The position numbers and the translations under genes are program-made. Positions 30,484 through 40,163 of a stretch of 64,000 nucleotides of DNA are shown one piece after another. Under the pieces are notes generated by a model that was not told where the DNA came from, ran no database searches, and saw nothing but the letters and a program-made list of their open reading frames with translations. Source of the DNA: Bryobacteraceae bacterium. Its GTDB lineage: Bacteria > Acidobacteriota > Terriglobia > Bryobacterales > Bryobacteraceae. The number at the start of each line of letters is the position of its first letter. The first letter of the stretch is position 1. The stretch covers positions 64,252 to 128,251 of the forward strand of contig JBJMGK010000213.1 in NCBI GenBank assembly GCA_045807925.1, written 5' to 3'.

Positions 30484-32409
30484 ATGCTGCAACTCACCGG
30501 CGCTGGTAAGCGCTTCGGCCATAAGCTCCTGTTTGAAGATCTGGATTGGCTGATCACGCCTAAAGAGCGGGCCGGCCTCGTCGGCGGCAATGGCACGGGT
30601 AAATCCACTCTGCTCAAAGTGATAGCGGGCGTGGAACAGCTGGACTACGGCTCCATTTCCGCGATGAAGGGCATCCGGCTGGGCTACCTGCCCCAGGACG
30701 GATTGTCTGTGGTCGGCCGCAGTGTTTTTGCCGAGGCCATGAGCGTTTTCTCCGGAGTGAAAGAACTCGAGGAAGAGCTCGAAAGCCTGACCGGTAAGAT
30801 GAGCGAACTCGACCCCACGAGCGAGGAGTATATGGCCGTCGCGAACCGGTTCGAACAGGCTGACAGCGAATTTCGCTCGCGCGACGGTTACGCCATTGAG
30901 GCGCAAGTGGGGGCCGTTCTCGCGGGTTTAGGATTCCGGAAGGAAGATTGGGCCCGGCAAACGGAGGAGTTCTCCGGTGGCTGGCAGATGCGATTAGCTC
31001 TGGCCAAGCTGCTGCTCGAGAAGCCAAACGTTCTTTTGCTGGACGAACCGACGAACCATCTTGATATCGAGGCTCGAGACTGGCTCGAAGAATACCTCAA
31101 CAATTACGAATTCGCTTACATTCTGATCTCGCACGATCGCTACTTCCTCGACGTGACGGTAAAGAAGATCGTAGAAATCTGGAACAAGAAAGTTCAGTTC
31201 TACACTGGCGGCTACGAGAAATATCGCACCCAAAAGGCCGAGCGGCTTGCTCAACTTGAATCGGCGTACAAGAACCAGCAAGATAAGATTCAGCAGCTCG
31301 AAGCATTCATCAACCGCTTTCGAGCGCAGGCGACAAAGGCAAAACAGGTTCAAAGCCGGATCAAAGAACTGGAAAAGATTGAGCGAATCGAGCTTCCGCC
31401 TGAAGAGAAGACGATTCACTTCACCTTCCCTCAACCAAAACCAAGCGGAAGGATCGTTGCCCAGTTCAAGAATGTATCGAAGAGCTTCGGATCGAAGCTG
31501 ATCTTCAGCGGCGCGGAGTTCACGATCGAACGCGGCGATCGGATCGCTCTTGTCGGCGTGAATGGGGCCGGGAAATCAACGCTCATCAAACTTCTCGCCG
31601 GCACCGAGCCTCTATCGAGCGGCGAGTACACATTGGGTCATAATGTTGAACCGGATTACTTCGCTCAGGACCAATACAAAGAGCTGGACACCAACGCGCG
31701 CATCCTCGATGATTTGAGCGCCGCAGCCCCGAGAACAACGCAAACCGAGTTGCGCAATCTGCTTGGTTGCTTTTTGTTTAGCGAAGACGATGTTTTCAAA
31801 CGGATCGGCGTGCTTTCGGGTGGAGAAAGGAATCGTTATGCTCTGGCCCGCATGCTGCTTCACCCGTCGAATTTTCTGCTGCTAGACGAACCGACGAACC
31901 ACCTTGACATCCGCGCGAAGGACGTCTTGCTCGAAGCCCTCGAGAAGTTCACCGGAACAATCGTCTTCGTCTCGCACGACCGATATTTCATCGAGAACCT
32001 GGCGACGCGCGTCTTCGAGATCGCGGACGGAGAAGTGCGTGTTTTCCCTGGCAACTACCACGATTATCTGTGGCGCAAAGCTGGTAAGCACGAGGAAACA
32101 CCCACTCTCGGCGACGTGCTCATAGGCGTCCCGCCGGCCGTTCCGATTCCAATGCCTCCCCCCGCCGCTCCCGCCAAACGAGTCAACCCTCTCAAATTGA
32201 AGCAGCTCGAAAACCAGGCAAAAACTTTGGAGGACCGGATCGCCTCGCTCGAAAGGGAGATCCAGGAGTCGGAACTGGCGCTTTCTAATTTCGTTGGTGC
32301 CGATGAGGCGCTTCGATTGGCAACCTTCCTGGCGGAGAAACGCGAGCAACTGGAGAAGGCAATGGCCGAATGGGAGCAGGTTACCGGGCAAATCGAGGCG
32401 ACCGCGTGA
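30484..32409 (+). CDS. ABC-F family ATPase (Uup-like, with C-terminal coiled coil)
   Basis: Two ABC cassettes (GGNGTGKST, GVNGAGKST; LSGGWQMR, LSGGERNR), no TM domain and a coiled-coil tail. Confidence 0.92.
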   Translation: MLQLTGAGKRFGHKLLFEDLDWLITPKERAGLVGGNGTGKSTLLKVIAGVEQLDYGSISAMKGIRLGYLPQDGLSVVGRSVFAEAMSVFSGVKELEEELESLTGKMSELDPTSEEYMAVANRFEQADSEFRSRDGYAIEAQVGAVLAGLGFRKEDWARQTEEFSGGWQMRLALAKLLLEKPNVLLLDEPTNHLDIEARDWLEEYLNNYEFAYILISHDRYFLDVTVKKIVEIWNKKVQFYTGGYEKYRTQKAERLAQLESAYKNQQDKIQQLEAFINRFRAQATKAKQVQSRIKELEKIERIELPPEEKTIHFTFPQPKPSGRIVAQFKNVSKSFGSKLIFSGAEFTIERGDRIALVGVNGAGKSTLIKLLAGTEPLSSGEYTLGHNVEPDYFAQDQYKELDTNARILDDLSAAAPRTTQTELRNLLGCFLFSEDDVFKRIGVLSGGERNRYALARMLLHPSNFLLLDEPTNHLDIRAKDVLLEALEKFTGTIVFVSHDRYFIENLATRVFEIADGEVRVFPGNYHDYLWRKAGKHEETPTLGDVLIGVPPAVPIPMPPPAAPAKRVNPLKLKQLENQAKTLEDRIASLEREIQESELALSNFVGADEALRLATFLAEKREQLEKAMAEWEQVTGQIEATA

Positions 32410-32418
32410 GTTCAAAGC

Positions 32419-32871
32419 CTATTCTGGAGGCACTTGCGTCTCAGTCGGCCTTCTTCGTTTCACTTCGTCCCAGCGTTTAATGAGCTGCCGCCATTGATCG
32501 AACGTCAGCACTCGCCGAAGCTGAACACTCATTTCGAGGAACACCCGCGCGGAAGCAGCGCGAGCATCGGCCACACGTCGAATGATGGAATCGGCTCCTT
32601 CAGTGGCGTTGTCAGGATCATTCAGCAAGTCTTCGAGATCGCCTTCGGCTTTCTGAACGTTGTTGCGCGCATCCAGCAGTTTCGATCGGTAGGAGCGAAC
32701 GATTTGCCTGATCTTCTGTGTCTGTGCCGCTGACAGGCCAAGGTCAGTGACAACCGGGCTGTTCCACCAGGGGAAGCTAGCGCGGTTCTGAGCGAATCCG
32801 GTCGAGCACGCGATACCGACGCACAACAAAGCGACCCCGACAGTTCGCCCGTGCTGAAACATTGCCTTCAC
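32419..32871 (-). CDS. periplasmic Spy/CpxP-family (LTXXQ) protein
   Basis: Signal peptide, an LSAAQTQKIRQI LTXXQ-type motif and a helical, charged body. It overlaps the anti-sigma gene by 4 nt. Confidence 0.7.
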   Translation of the reverse strand: MKAMFQHGRTVGVALLCVGIACSTGFAQNRASFPWWNSPVVTDLGLSAAQTQKIRQIVRSYRSKLLDARNNVQKAEGDLEDLLNDPDNATEGADSIIRRVADARAASARVFLEMSVQLRRVLTFDQWRQLIKRWDEVKRRRPTETQVPPE

Positions 32872-33320
32872 TCGAACAATCCCTCGAGCGGCGCCGCTGG
32901 TTCCGCTTGCCAGTCTTGAGACATTTTGCTCACCTCAAGGGCCAACTGCGCATCGGAAACTTGAATAACTGCAGGTTTACCCGCATGCTGCTTCTCGTAC
33001 ACCGCGACTCCGGTCCCAAGAACGAAAAGCGTCAGTGCGACCGGGGCCCATCTGGGCCAGCCAAGTCGTGAGTGGCAAACGGTCCGGGCCTCCAGCTTCT
33101 CGTAGATCGCGCGTCGCTGGGCAGCTAAGAAGTCCCCCCTCACGCCCGAATCAGTGGATCGCGCAGCCTCCAATGCCTGTCTGTTGGCTAATAGAACTGA
33201 CCGGCGGGATTGGCATTCCTCACACCCGTCGAGATGACTGCTGGCAGATCCGACGCCATAAAGGTCCTCAATGAGCTGCTCATGTGTCAGGTGCATTCTC
33301 GTGAAGGAATCAGACTTCAT
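32868..33320 (-). CDS. putative anti-sigma factor (zinc-finger type, single TM)
   Basis: H-x3-C-x2-C motif (HLDGCEECQ), one TM helix (WAPVALTLFVLGTGVAVY) and a 4-nt overlap with the ECF sigma gene. Confidence 0.6.
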   Translation of the reverse strand: MKSDSFTRMHLTHEQLIEDLYGVGSASSHLDGCEECQSRRSVLLANRQALEAARSTDSGVRGDFLAAQRRAIYEKLEARTVCHSRLGWPRWAPVALTLFVLGTGVAVYEKQHAGKPAVIQVSDAQLALEVSKMSQDWQAEPAAPLEGLFE

Positions 33321-33934
33321 GATGCTTCCGGCGGCCGGGTGCTCGACGCAGGCACGTAAAGGTCGTTCAACTCTGACCGCAACTTCGAAACGGCCCGGAA
33401 CAAGTGAGCCTTCACAGTTCCGACATCGAGCTGCAACACGTCCGCTATGTCTTCGAGCGGCATCGAATCGAAGTGGCGCAGGGTGAAAACAGCACGTTGA
33501 CGGGCCGAGAGCCTCCCGAGTGCTTGATCCAACCGCAACAGGATCTGCTTCGAGACCAATTGCCGCTCAGCGTCCGGATGAGAATCAGCCTCCATGTCCA
33601 GGATGACCTTCTCGTCCGCCTCCGACGGACGACGTCGCCAAAGCTTCCAGGCCTTGGACCGCAACCGGTCTAAGCAGGTATTCACTGCAATGCGGGTGAG
33701 CCATTTCTCGGGAAACTCAAGCTCGGCCGCGTCTTCGGGTGACTGGCAAATGGACCGGTACGCTTTGAGAAACACGTCCTGAGTAGCAGAATCCGCCTCG
33801 TCCGTATCTTGAAGCATGCGGCGGCACAGCAGAAAGACACGCCGTTGTTCTGACGCCATCCAACTGCCAAATTGACCGATGCTGATACCGACGTGGGCTC
33901 TCGCGCTCAGTTGTCCCGCCAACGTTCCCGTCAT
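33317..33934 (-). CDS. ECF-type RNA polymerase sigma-70 family factor
   Basis: Region 2 (ADSATQDVFLKAY) and region 4 HTH (LEDIADVLQLDVGTVKAHLFRA). Confidence 0.85.
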   Translation of the reverse strand: MTGTLAGQLSARAHVGISIGQFGSWMASEQRRVFLLCRRMLQDTDEADSATQDVFLKAYRSICQSPEDAAELEFPEKWLTRIAVNTCLDRLRSKAWKLWRRRPSEADEKVILDMEADSHPDAERQLVSKQILLRLDQALGRLSARQRAVFTLRHFDSMPLEDIADVLQLDVGTVKAHLFRAVSKLRSELNDLYVPASSTRPPEAS

Positions 33935-33951
33935 AGGGTCACAATCATTTG

Positions 33952-33978
33952 AACGTATGGTTGGTTGCTTTGGTTTAC
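33952..33978 (-). promoter_or_regulatory. candidate ECF-type autoregulated promoter (GTAAACC-N-CGTT)
   Basis: The minus strand reads GTAAACC, then a spacer, then CGTT. This is AAC-N17-CGT spacing resembling ECF -35/-10 elements, about 20 nt upstream of the sigma-factor ATG. Confidence 0.3.
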
Positions 33979-33993
33979 GCGGGGAATCCCCGC
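33979..33993 (-). terminator. short GC hairpin downstream of the M1 peptidase gene
   Basis: GCGGGG-AAT-CCCCGC, a perfect 6-bp stem located 20 nt after the peptidase stop. There is no U-tract. Confidence 0.3.
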
Positions 33994-34012
33994 CAACGGG
34001 AAAGAGCCGATC

Positions 34013-36265
34013 TTAGCGCAGATAAAGGTACTGCCGCGGGCTCGGGAGAGTGCATGTCGTTCCGCTCGCGACGGAGACCGAGTTTTCGCCGGTAACGGCC
34101 CGGACCCATTTTGTTTCGGTCTTCCCGGTTCGATCCTTACAGGACAGCGGCAGGTCCGCAGTGAAGGACTCGTCCACTCGGGAGACGACGAAGCTCCACT
34201 CCTGGGCATCTGTTTTCGATTCGATGTGAGGGATGCCGGTGCTGTATACCCAGGTGTCGAAGAACAACCGCAGATCGCGATCGGGCTGACCTGCCGGAAC
34301 AAATCGGGCGGCCGCCTCGCGAAACTGTTCGTTCGTAATTGGCTCGGTTCTGTAGGTCTTCAGCAGGTAGGATTGCAACGCCAGAAAGCCGTCCGGTCCG
34401 ATACGATCCCGAAGCATGTGAAGGATCCAGCTTCCCTTCTCGTACGTAATGGTATGCCAGACCGTCAGCCCGGCCGCATCGATGAGCCGTACACCGAAAT
34501 CCACCGGGCCCGCGCTCTCGATCGTACCGGCACCCCGGGGAAAAAGCAAATCCAGTCGGTACTGCTCCAAAACCGCGTCTGCCGCTTCTTTACCTTCGGT
34601 TTCTGCCAGATACTCGAGCGCGGAGTCGGTCGCCATCGCCTCAATCAGCCAGTTCACACGATAATCGTCTGCGGACAGGACGTTGCCCCACCATTGATGA
34701 GCGACCTCGTGGGACAACAGCATGGAAGAAAAGAAGGAATCCATTCGCGCGCCACGCAGGTAGGCGGGTCTCTCCTGCTGAGGCGTGTACGAGACGTCGG
34801 ATAAGTAAATGAGACCGGGAAATCCCTGCCCGAAGTATCCGGGCACCGGTGAGACCGCGATGTTGTGCAGCGGCAATGGATTCCACCGCTTCGTGAAGGC
34901 TTGCAGGATGGCCGCCGTTTTCGTCGCAACCTGCTCGCCCTGATCCGGATGACTTGCGTTTGCGTATGACTCTACGCGATACGGAGCACTGTCACGCGAT
35001 GTCACTTCGTAACGACCAACATTGAAGCCAGCCAATGCTTGCGGCGAGCTTGTTTTCCGGTGAACAAGCCGCGTTCCGTTCTCGACAGTTTGCGAGATCA
35101 ACTCACCTGTCGAAATAACGGTGAGAGCTTCCGGGGATCGAAAGCGCAGGTCGAAGGACGCCATCATGTTCCCGAAGTAGGGATACCAGGTATTCCGATC
35201 TTCAACGATGTAGGTCTGCTCGGAAGCATGGAAAATCAGTTCTCCCCGGTACTTCACGGTGATCTGGCAGTGGGCGCCGGCTTTCGGCGGATCTGCCGCG
35301 ATCACCAGAAACGCACCGCTCGGTTTCGCCGCCTGAGAGGGTCGAGCGACCTTTCGCTGAAACACCTCGGCCGGCCGGCCGTCGATCTCTGCAGAATCAA
35401 CCTGCAGGCGATCGGAAAGGCCAAACTGGAAAGCTCGGCGGCCGCTCTCCTCGACAAGATAGTCAAAGCTGGCCGTCGCCGAAAAGCCTAGATCATCCGC
35501 TATAACCGCGTCGATAACGTAAGTGCCGAATCGCGAAGGAGGAGATTTGGCCACCGGTGCTTTCCGGGGCCGAAATGCCGTCCACAACTGAAACCGACCG
35601 TCAGGACCGGTGCCTCCCGAACCAGCGCCGATGGTTGTCGATTCAGGAATGTGGGGATCGTACAGGACGTTGAAGTTGCCGAGCGTGCGGCCGCGAATCG
35701 CGGCATAGAAGAATCCGCTGTTCGTATCCGGTCCGTTCAAAAGCGTTCTGACAAGCGGAAGATCAAGATCGCTAAGAACCGGCCTGATTGCCCGATCGAT
35801 CTGGGGCTCGATTTCGGTCGCAAACGCGGGCACTTTACAGCCGGAAAAATCGCCTATTCGGCCGATCAGTTCATCGGCCGTCGCATCCGAAAAGACGAAC
35901 ATCGCGAAGTCGAAATGCTCATCCAGGTTCGGAGTCTTCGTGAACGCGAGAAGAGATGCTCTTTCGCTTCGTTTAGAAGGAAGAGCCAACACCTCCGCGT
36001 CTCCAGCTTCCGCACCGGTGGTCGTAAAAACGGCGGCTAACTTTCGGCCCTCGACCGGCTTAATGAACGAGAGGATGCCTTCGGTGAGGTAGAAGTTCAC
36101 GTCCCCACGGGAGAATTGGACATCTCTGACGCGGCACGTTTGTTCGGGGTCTAAGGTGAGACTTTGTACAGAAGCGGACAGCTCCGCAGCCGTCGGGCTT
36201 GGTGCTGCGCGGAGAACACCCAACCCGCAAAACAGAGCTATCCAGGCTGGAGATACTCGCGCCAA
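34013..36265 (-). CDS. M1-family zinc metallopeptidase (aminopeptidase N-like), exported
   Basis: HEVAHQWWGN (HEXXH) followed by WLIEAMA (the third zinc-ligand Glu). Signal peptide present. 750 aa. Confidence 0.9.
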   Translation of the reverse strand: MARVSPAWIALFCGLGVLRAAPSPTAAELSASVQSLTLDPEQTCRVRDVQFSRGDVNFYLTEGILSFIKPVEGRKLAAVFTTTGAEAGDAEVLALPSKRSERASLLAFTKTPNLDEHFDFAMFVFSDATADELIGRIGDFSGCKVPAFATEIEPQIDRAIRPVLSDLDLPLVRTLLNGPDTNSGFFYAAIRGRTLGNFNVLYDPHIPESTTIGAGSGGTGPDGRFQLWTAFRPRKAPVAKSPPSRFGTYVIDAVIADDLGFSATASFDYLVEESGRRAFQFGLSDRLQVDSAEIDGRPAEVFQRKVARPSQAAKPSGAFLVIAADPPKAGAHCQITVKYRGELIFHASEQTYIVEDRNTWYPYFGNMMASFDLRFRSPEALTVISTGELISQTVENGTRLVHRKTSSPQALAGFNVGRYEVTSRDSAPYRVESYANASHPDQGEQVATKTAAILQAFTKRWNPLPLHNIAVSPVPGYFGQGFPGLIYLSDVSYTPQQERPAYLRGARMDSFFSSMLLSHEVAHQWWGNVLSADDYRVNWLIEAMATDSALEYLAETEGKEAADAVLEQYRLDLLFPRGAGTIESAGPVDFGVRLIDAAGLTVWHTITYEKGSWILHMLRDRIGPDGFLALQSYLLKTYRTEPITNEQFREAAARFVPAGQPDRDLRLFFDTWVYSTGIPHIESKTDAQEWSFVVSRVDESFTADLPLSCKDRTGKTETKWVRAVTGENSVSVASGTTCTLPSPRQYLYLR

Positions 36266-36273
36266 CTTTGTCG

Positions 36274-36768
36274 CTATTTCAATTCTTCACTCTTTTCGGT
36301 TGCGGGTTCCTGAGTCCAGTTCTGCCGGACAACCGCAGTCTGGTCGGAGTAGAAGGTCCGGCGCCCGGTACTGCCGAATGTCTTCGGAACGGCCGAAATG
36401 GCGTATCCGCCCGGTGTTGCCGTGATCGTAAAGTTGTACCCGCCGGCAGACCCGCTTGCGAGACTGCCGGGGATTAATCCCGCCGCTTGGGGACCTTCGG
36501 CTGCACCGGTGGTTGCAGGCGGCCCGAGTTGCGCAAGGGAGGTCGCGTATTGGTTGTACTGCGAATAGTATTGGATCTGTTGCTTGTTGATCGTTCCGAT
36601 CTCCGCTACGGCAGCCATTTCTTGCGCATTCATGCGCGACTTACTCATCTGCGGTAGGGCGATGGAGAGAATGATAAGGATAATTGCAATCACAATCAGC
36701 AGTTCAATCAACGAGAAACCTCGCTGATCGCGGCGACGGTTGCGAATACTAGACGACATACGCTTCAC
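36274..36768 (-). CDS. prepilin-type N-terminal cleavage/methylation domain protein (type IV pilin / pseudopilin-like)
   Basis: Leader ...RRDQRG followed by FSLIELLIVIAIILIILSIALP, the class III signal peptide signature. Confidence 0.8.
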   Translation of the reverse strand: MKRMSSSIRNRRRDQRGFSLIELLIVIAIILIILSIALPQMSKSRMNAQEMAAVAEIGTINKQQIQYYSQYNQYATSLAQLGPPATTGAAEGPQAAGLIPGSLASGSAGGYNFTITATPGGYAISAVPKTFGSTGRRTFYSDQTAVVRQNWTQEPATEKSEELK

Positions 36769-36823
36769 ATTCTACGACGTGGGAGAAAGCCCTGGCGTTG
36801 TCTCAAGCTAATACTTTCCCGGT

Positions 36824-37651
36824 TTAGTTTTTGAACTGCTTGACGATGCGGTCAACGGTCGAAAGGCGTGCCAATAGCTCCGGAAGTTGTTGCAAAGGAA
36901 GCGCATTGGCGCCATCGGAGAGCGCAGACTCCGGGTGGTCATGCGTTTCTAAAAAAATCCCCGCAATGCCGACGGCAACCGCGGCACGGCTGAGCGTCTC
37001 GATGAATTCGGGTTGACCGCCCGAGGATGTGCCGCCGGCTCCGGGCAGCTGGACGCTATGGGTTGCATCGAACACGACCGGGTAGCCAGTACCCGCCAGG
37101 ATACGCAGACCTCGCATATCGACGACTAAATTGTTGTAGCCAAAGGCCGATCCGCGCTCCGTCAGGATGATGTTATTGTTGCCGGTACTCGCGACCTTTT
37201 CCGCCGCGAGTGCAAAGTCGGAGGGCGCGATGAACTGTCCTTTCTTGATGTTCACGGCACGCCCGGTCTTGCCCGCTTCGACCAGCAGATCGGTTTGCCG
37301 GCAGAGAAAGGCCGGAATCTGCAGGATGTCGACGCTCTCTGCGGCAACGGCGGCTTGAGAAGGTTCGTGGATATCCGTGAGAACCGGGATCCCGAGTTCT
37401 CGAACCCGAGACAGGATGCGCAGCCCTTCCCGAACACCGGGTCCACGATAGCTTCCGACGCTGCTCCGGTTCGCTTTGTCAAAGGAAGCTTTGAACACGA
37501 ACGGTCCTGCAATCGCCTGAACGGACCGAGCCATTCTGAGCACGTGCTCTTCACTTTCTATGACACACGGTCCGGCAATCAGGGCCAGGGGACCATCGTT
37601 CGCAAATCGAATCTCGCCCGCGCCCGCTTTGACCGTAACGGCCAAACTCAT
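36824..37651 (-). CDS. kdsA: 3-deoxy-8-phosphooctulonate (KDO8P) synthase
   Basis: [15 protein letters not shown] and HSVQLPG patterns typical of KdsA. Confidence 0.93.
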   Translation of the reverse strand: MSLAVTVKAGAGEIRFANDGPLALIAGPCVIESEEHVLRMARSVQAIAGPFVFKASFDKANRSSVGSYRGPGVREGLRILSRVRELGIPVLTDIHEPSQAAVAAESVDILQIPAFLCRQTDLLVEAGKTGRAVNIKKGQFIAPSDFALAAEKVASTGNNNIILTERGSAFGYNNLVVDMRGLRILAGTGYPVVFDATHSVQLPGAGGTSSGGQPEFIETLSRAAVAVGIAGIFLETHDHPESALSDGANALPLQQLPELLARLSTVDRIVKQFKN

Positions 37652-39306
37652 TGCGCGTGGGAGTATTCGCGGAACGGAGTGGTGACCTCTTCGACCGCCG
37701 CCTTGTTCTTCTGTGCCTTGTGATCCAGCGCAGCTCCCAGGAACGCTGTAAACAGAGGATGCGGTTCGAGCGGCTTCGATTTGAACTCAGGATGGAACTG
37801 GCAGCCTAAGAACCACGGGTGGTCCGGAAATTCGCAGATTTCCACGTAGACGCCATCCGGAGTCTGGCCTGTCAGACGAAGTCCGTGCGCGGTCAGCGTG
37901 CCTTCGAACTCTCGATTGAACTCGTAGCGATGGCGATGGCGCTCGCTGATCTCTGGTGTGCCGTACGCCGACCGGGCAAGACTGTTTTCAGCCAGGCGGC
38001 AAGGGTAAGCACCGAGCCGCATGGTGCCGCCGAGTTCGTCGACGCCCTTCAATTCTCGAAGTTTGTAGATGACCCGATGCGGGGTGGCTGGATTGAACTC
38101 GGTGGAATCGGCATCGGCAAGCCCGCAAACGTTGCGGGCAAACTCAATGACCATCGTTTGCATGCCAAGGCAGATCCCGAAGTAAGGGATACGGTCCTCG
38201 CGCGCGCAGCGAATGGCGTGGAGCATGCCTTCAATCCCGCGCCTGCCGAACCCGCCCGGAACCAGAACCCCGTCAAACCGTCTGAGATCATTCCGACAAT
38301 CCGGCCATTCCATCCGCTCTGACTCAATCCACTCAATGTTCACCCGCGCCTGGTGGGCGATGCCGGCGTGGAGCAGAGCCTCTTTCAGGCTCTTGTAGGA
38401 ATCTTCGTATTCGACATACTTCCCGACTAGTCCAATTGTCACTTCACGGACGGGGTGGTTCATGCGCTGCAGCATTTGAGTCCATCGGGTCATGTCGCGA
38501 GGACCAGCTTGCATGTTGAGCATGCGCAATACACTCTCGTCGACGCGTTGCTCTGCAAAGGTCAGCGGAATTTCGTAGACGGAATGAACATCTCTGGCCG
38601 TGATGACGCCGCTGACGTCGACATCGCAGAACAGAGCGATCTTTTCCTTAAGGTCCTGCGGGAGGTCACGTTCCGTACGGCAGAGCAGCATGTCGGGCTG
38701 TATGCCAATGGCCCGAAGCTCTTTGACGCTATGTTGGGTTGGCTTGGTTTTCAGCTCTTGAGCGGCCGCGATCCAGGGAACCAACGTCAGGTGAACAAAT
38801 AGAGTATTTTCGCGTCCCTCTTCATGACGCATCTGCCGGATCGCCTCAATGAACGGTAGCGATTCGATGTCGCCGACAGTTCCACCAATTTCGATGATGG
38901 CGACATCGACATCTCCCGCGACCTTGCGACAGGCAGCCTTGATCTCGTTCGTGACGTGAGGAATGACCTGAACAGTTTTTCCGAGATAGTCGCCGCGCCG
39001 CTCGCGCGTGATGATGTTTTCGTAGATTCTGCCGGAGGTGAGATTATTGCTTTGCGTCAGGTGAGCGTGAGTGAAGCGCTCATAGTGACCCAAATCGAGG
39101 TCGGTCTCGGCGCCGTCGTCGGTCACGAAGACCTCGCCATGTTGAAACGGGCTCATTGTGCCCGGATCGATGTTCAAATAAGGATCGAATTTCTGTAGAG
39201 TGACACGCAGTCCGCGGCTTTCGAGGAGACAGCCTAGCGAGGCAGCGGCGACTCCCTTTCCTAAAGAAGAAACGACTCCGCCCGTCACGAAGATATACTT
39301 TGCCAT
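37648..39306 (-). CDS. pyrG: CTP synthase
   Basis: [19 protein letters not shown]-terminus and a C-terminal glutamine amidotransferase domain (GICLGMQ, HRHRYE). Confidence 0.97.
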   Translation of the reverse strand: MAKYIFVTGGVVSSLGKGVAAASLGCLLESRGLRVTLQKFDPYLNIDPGTMSPFQHGEVFVTDDGAETDLDLGHYERFTHAHLTQSNNLTSGRIYENIITRERRGDYLGKTVQVIPHVTNEIKAACRKVAGDVDVAIIEIGGTVGDIESLPFIEAIRQMRHEEGRENTLFVHLTLVPWIAAAQELKTKPTQHSVKELRAIGIQPDMLLCRTERDLPQDLKEKIALFCDVDVSGVITARDVHSVYEIPLTFAEQRVDESVLRMLNMQAGPRDMTRWTQMLQRMNHPVREVTIGLVGKYVEYEDSYKSLKEALLHAGIAHQARVNIEWIESERMEWPDCRNDLRRFDGVLVPGGFGRRGIEGMLHAIRCAREDRIPYFGICLGMQTMVIEFARNVCGLADADSTEFNPATPHRVIYKLRELKGVDELGGTMRLGAYPCRLAENSLARSAYGTPEISERHRHRYEFNREFEGTLTAHGLRLTGQTPDGVYVEICEFPDHPWFLGCQFHPEFKSKPLEPHPLFTAFLGAALDHKAQKNKAAVEEVTTPFREYSHAQ

Positions 39307-39328
39307 CAGTTTCTCGAAGCCAGCCAGC

Positions 39329-40099
39329 CTAACCTTTCTTCCAACTGGGTCTCAACGATTCCGCCGCTGCGGAAAAGAGTTCGTTGACTCGTGCAAGATC
39401 TTCCGGAGTATCAACGCCTAGCGATTCATAATCCGTGGAGACCACCCGTATCTTGTAACCGTTTTCAAGTGCCCGCAACTGCTCCAAACGCTCGGCCTCT
39501 TCGAGAGGACCGATCGGCAAGTCCGGATAACGTAAGAGAAATTCCCGGCGGTAAACGTAAAGCCCGATGTGTTTGGCATGGAGTGGCAGGTTCGTCCGCC
39601 CGTCGCGTTCGTACGGGATGGGGCAACGCGAGAAGTAGATAGCGTCGTTCAGCAGATTCGTGACGACCTTTACGACGTTGGTGTTCAAAACGTCCGTGGG
39701 ATCGACGATCGCCTTTTTCAACGTGCCCATCGAGATGCTGTCGTCGCCGAGGACGGAAAGGACGGCGGCATCGATGGCTTCGGGATCGATTAAGGGTTCA
39801 TCGCCTTGGATATTGACAAAGAGAGTTGCAGTTTCCGAGGAGGCGATTTCGGCAAGACGATCGGTGCCGGACGGGTGGTCGGAACGGGTCATCCGGACTC
39901 TGCCTCCGAAACCTCGAACAACCCCGGCAATCCGCTCGTCATCGGTGGCGACGAGGACGTCTTCCAGATAGCGGGCATGCTGGGCACGTTCCCAAACGTG
40001 CTGAACCATGGGCTTACCGGCTAAATTGGCGAGAGCTTTTCCTGGAAATCGAGAAGAGGCAAACCGGGCGGGAATCACCCCCAAAATCCGCGTCCGCAC
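39329..40099 (-). CDS. kdsB: 3-deoxy-manno-octulosonate cytidylyltransferase
   Basis: [18 protein letters not shown]-terminal motif and an NIQGDEPL motif. The internal GTG at 40099 was preferred because the ATG at 40165 overlaps the divergent htpG ATG. Confidence 0.88.
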   Translation of the reverse strand: MRTRILGVIPARFASSRFPGKALANLAGKPMVQHVWERAQHARYLEDVLVATDDERIAGVVRGFGGRVRMTRSDHPSGTDRLAEIASSETATLFVNIQGDEPLIDPEAIDAAVLSVLGDDSISMGTLKKAIVDPTDVLNTNVVKVVTNLLNDAIYFSRCPIPYERDGRTNLPLHAKHIGLYVYRREFLLRYPDLPIGPLEEAERLEQLRALENGYKIRVVSTDYESLGVDTPEDLARVNELFSAAAESLRPSWKKG

Positions 40100-40163
40100 A
40101 CCTGAGTGTATCACCCGTTTGGGACCGAGAGAGGGCTGCCTTCTATATTGGAAAAGAAGATCC

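Noticed and set aside
33965-34804. 279-aa plus-strand ORF
   Set aside because: It is antisense to the M1 peptidase gene, which carries HEXXH.
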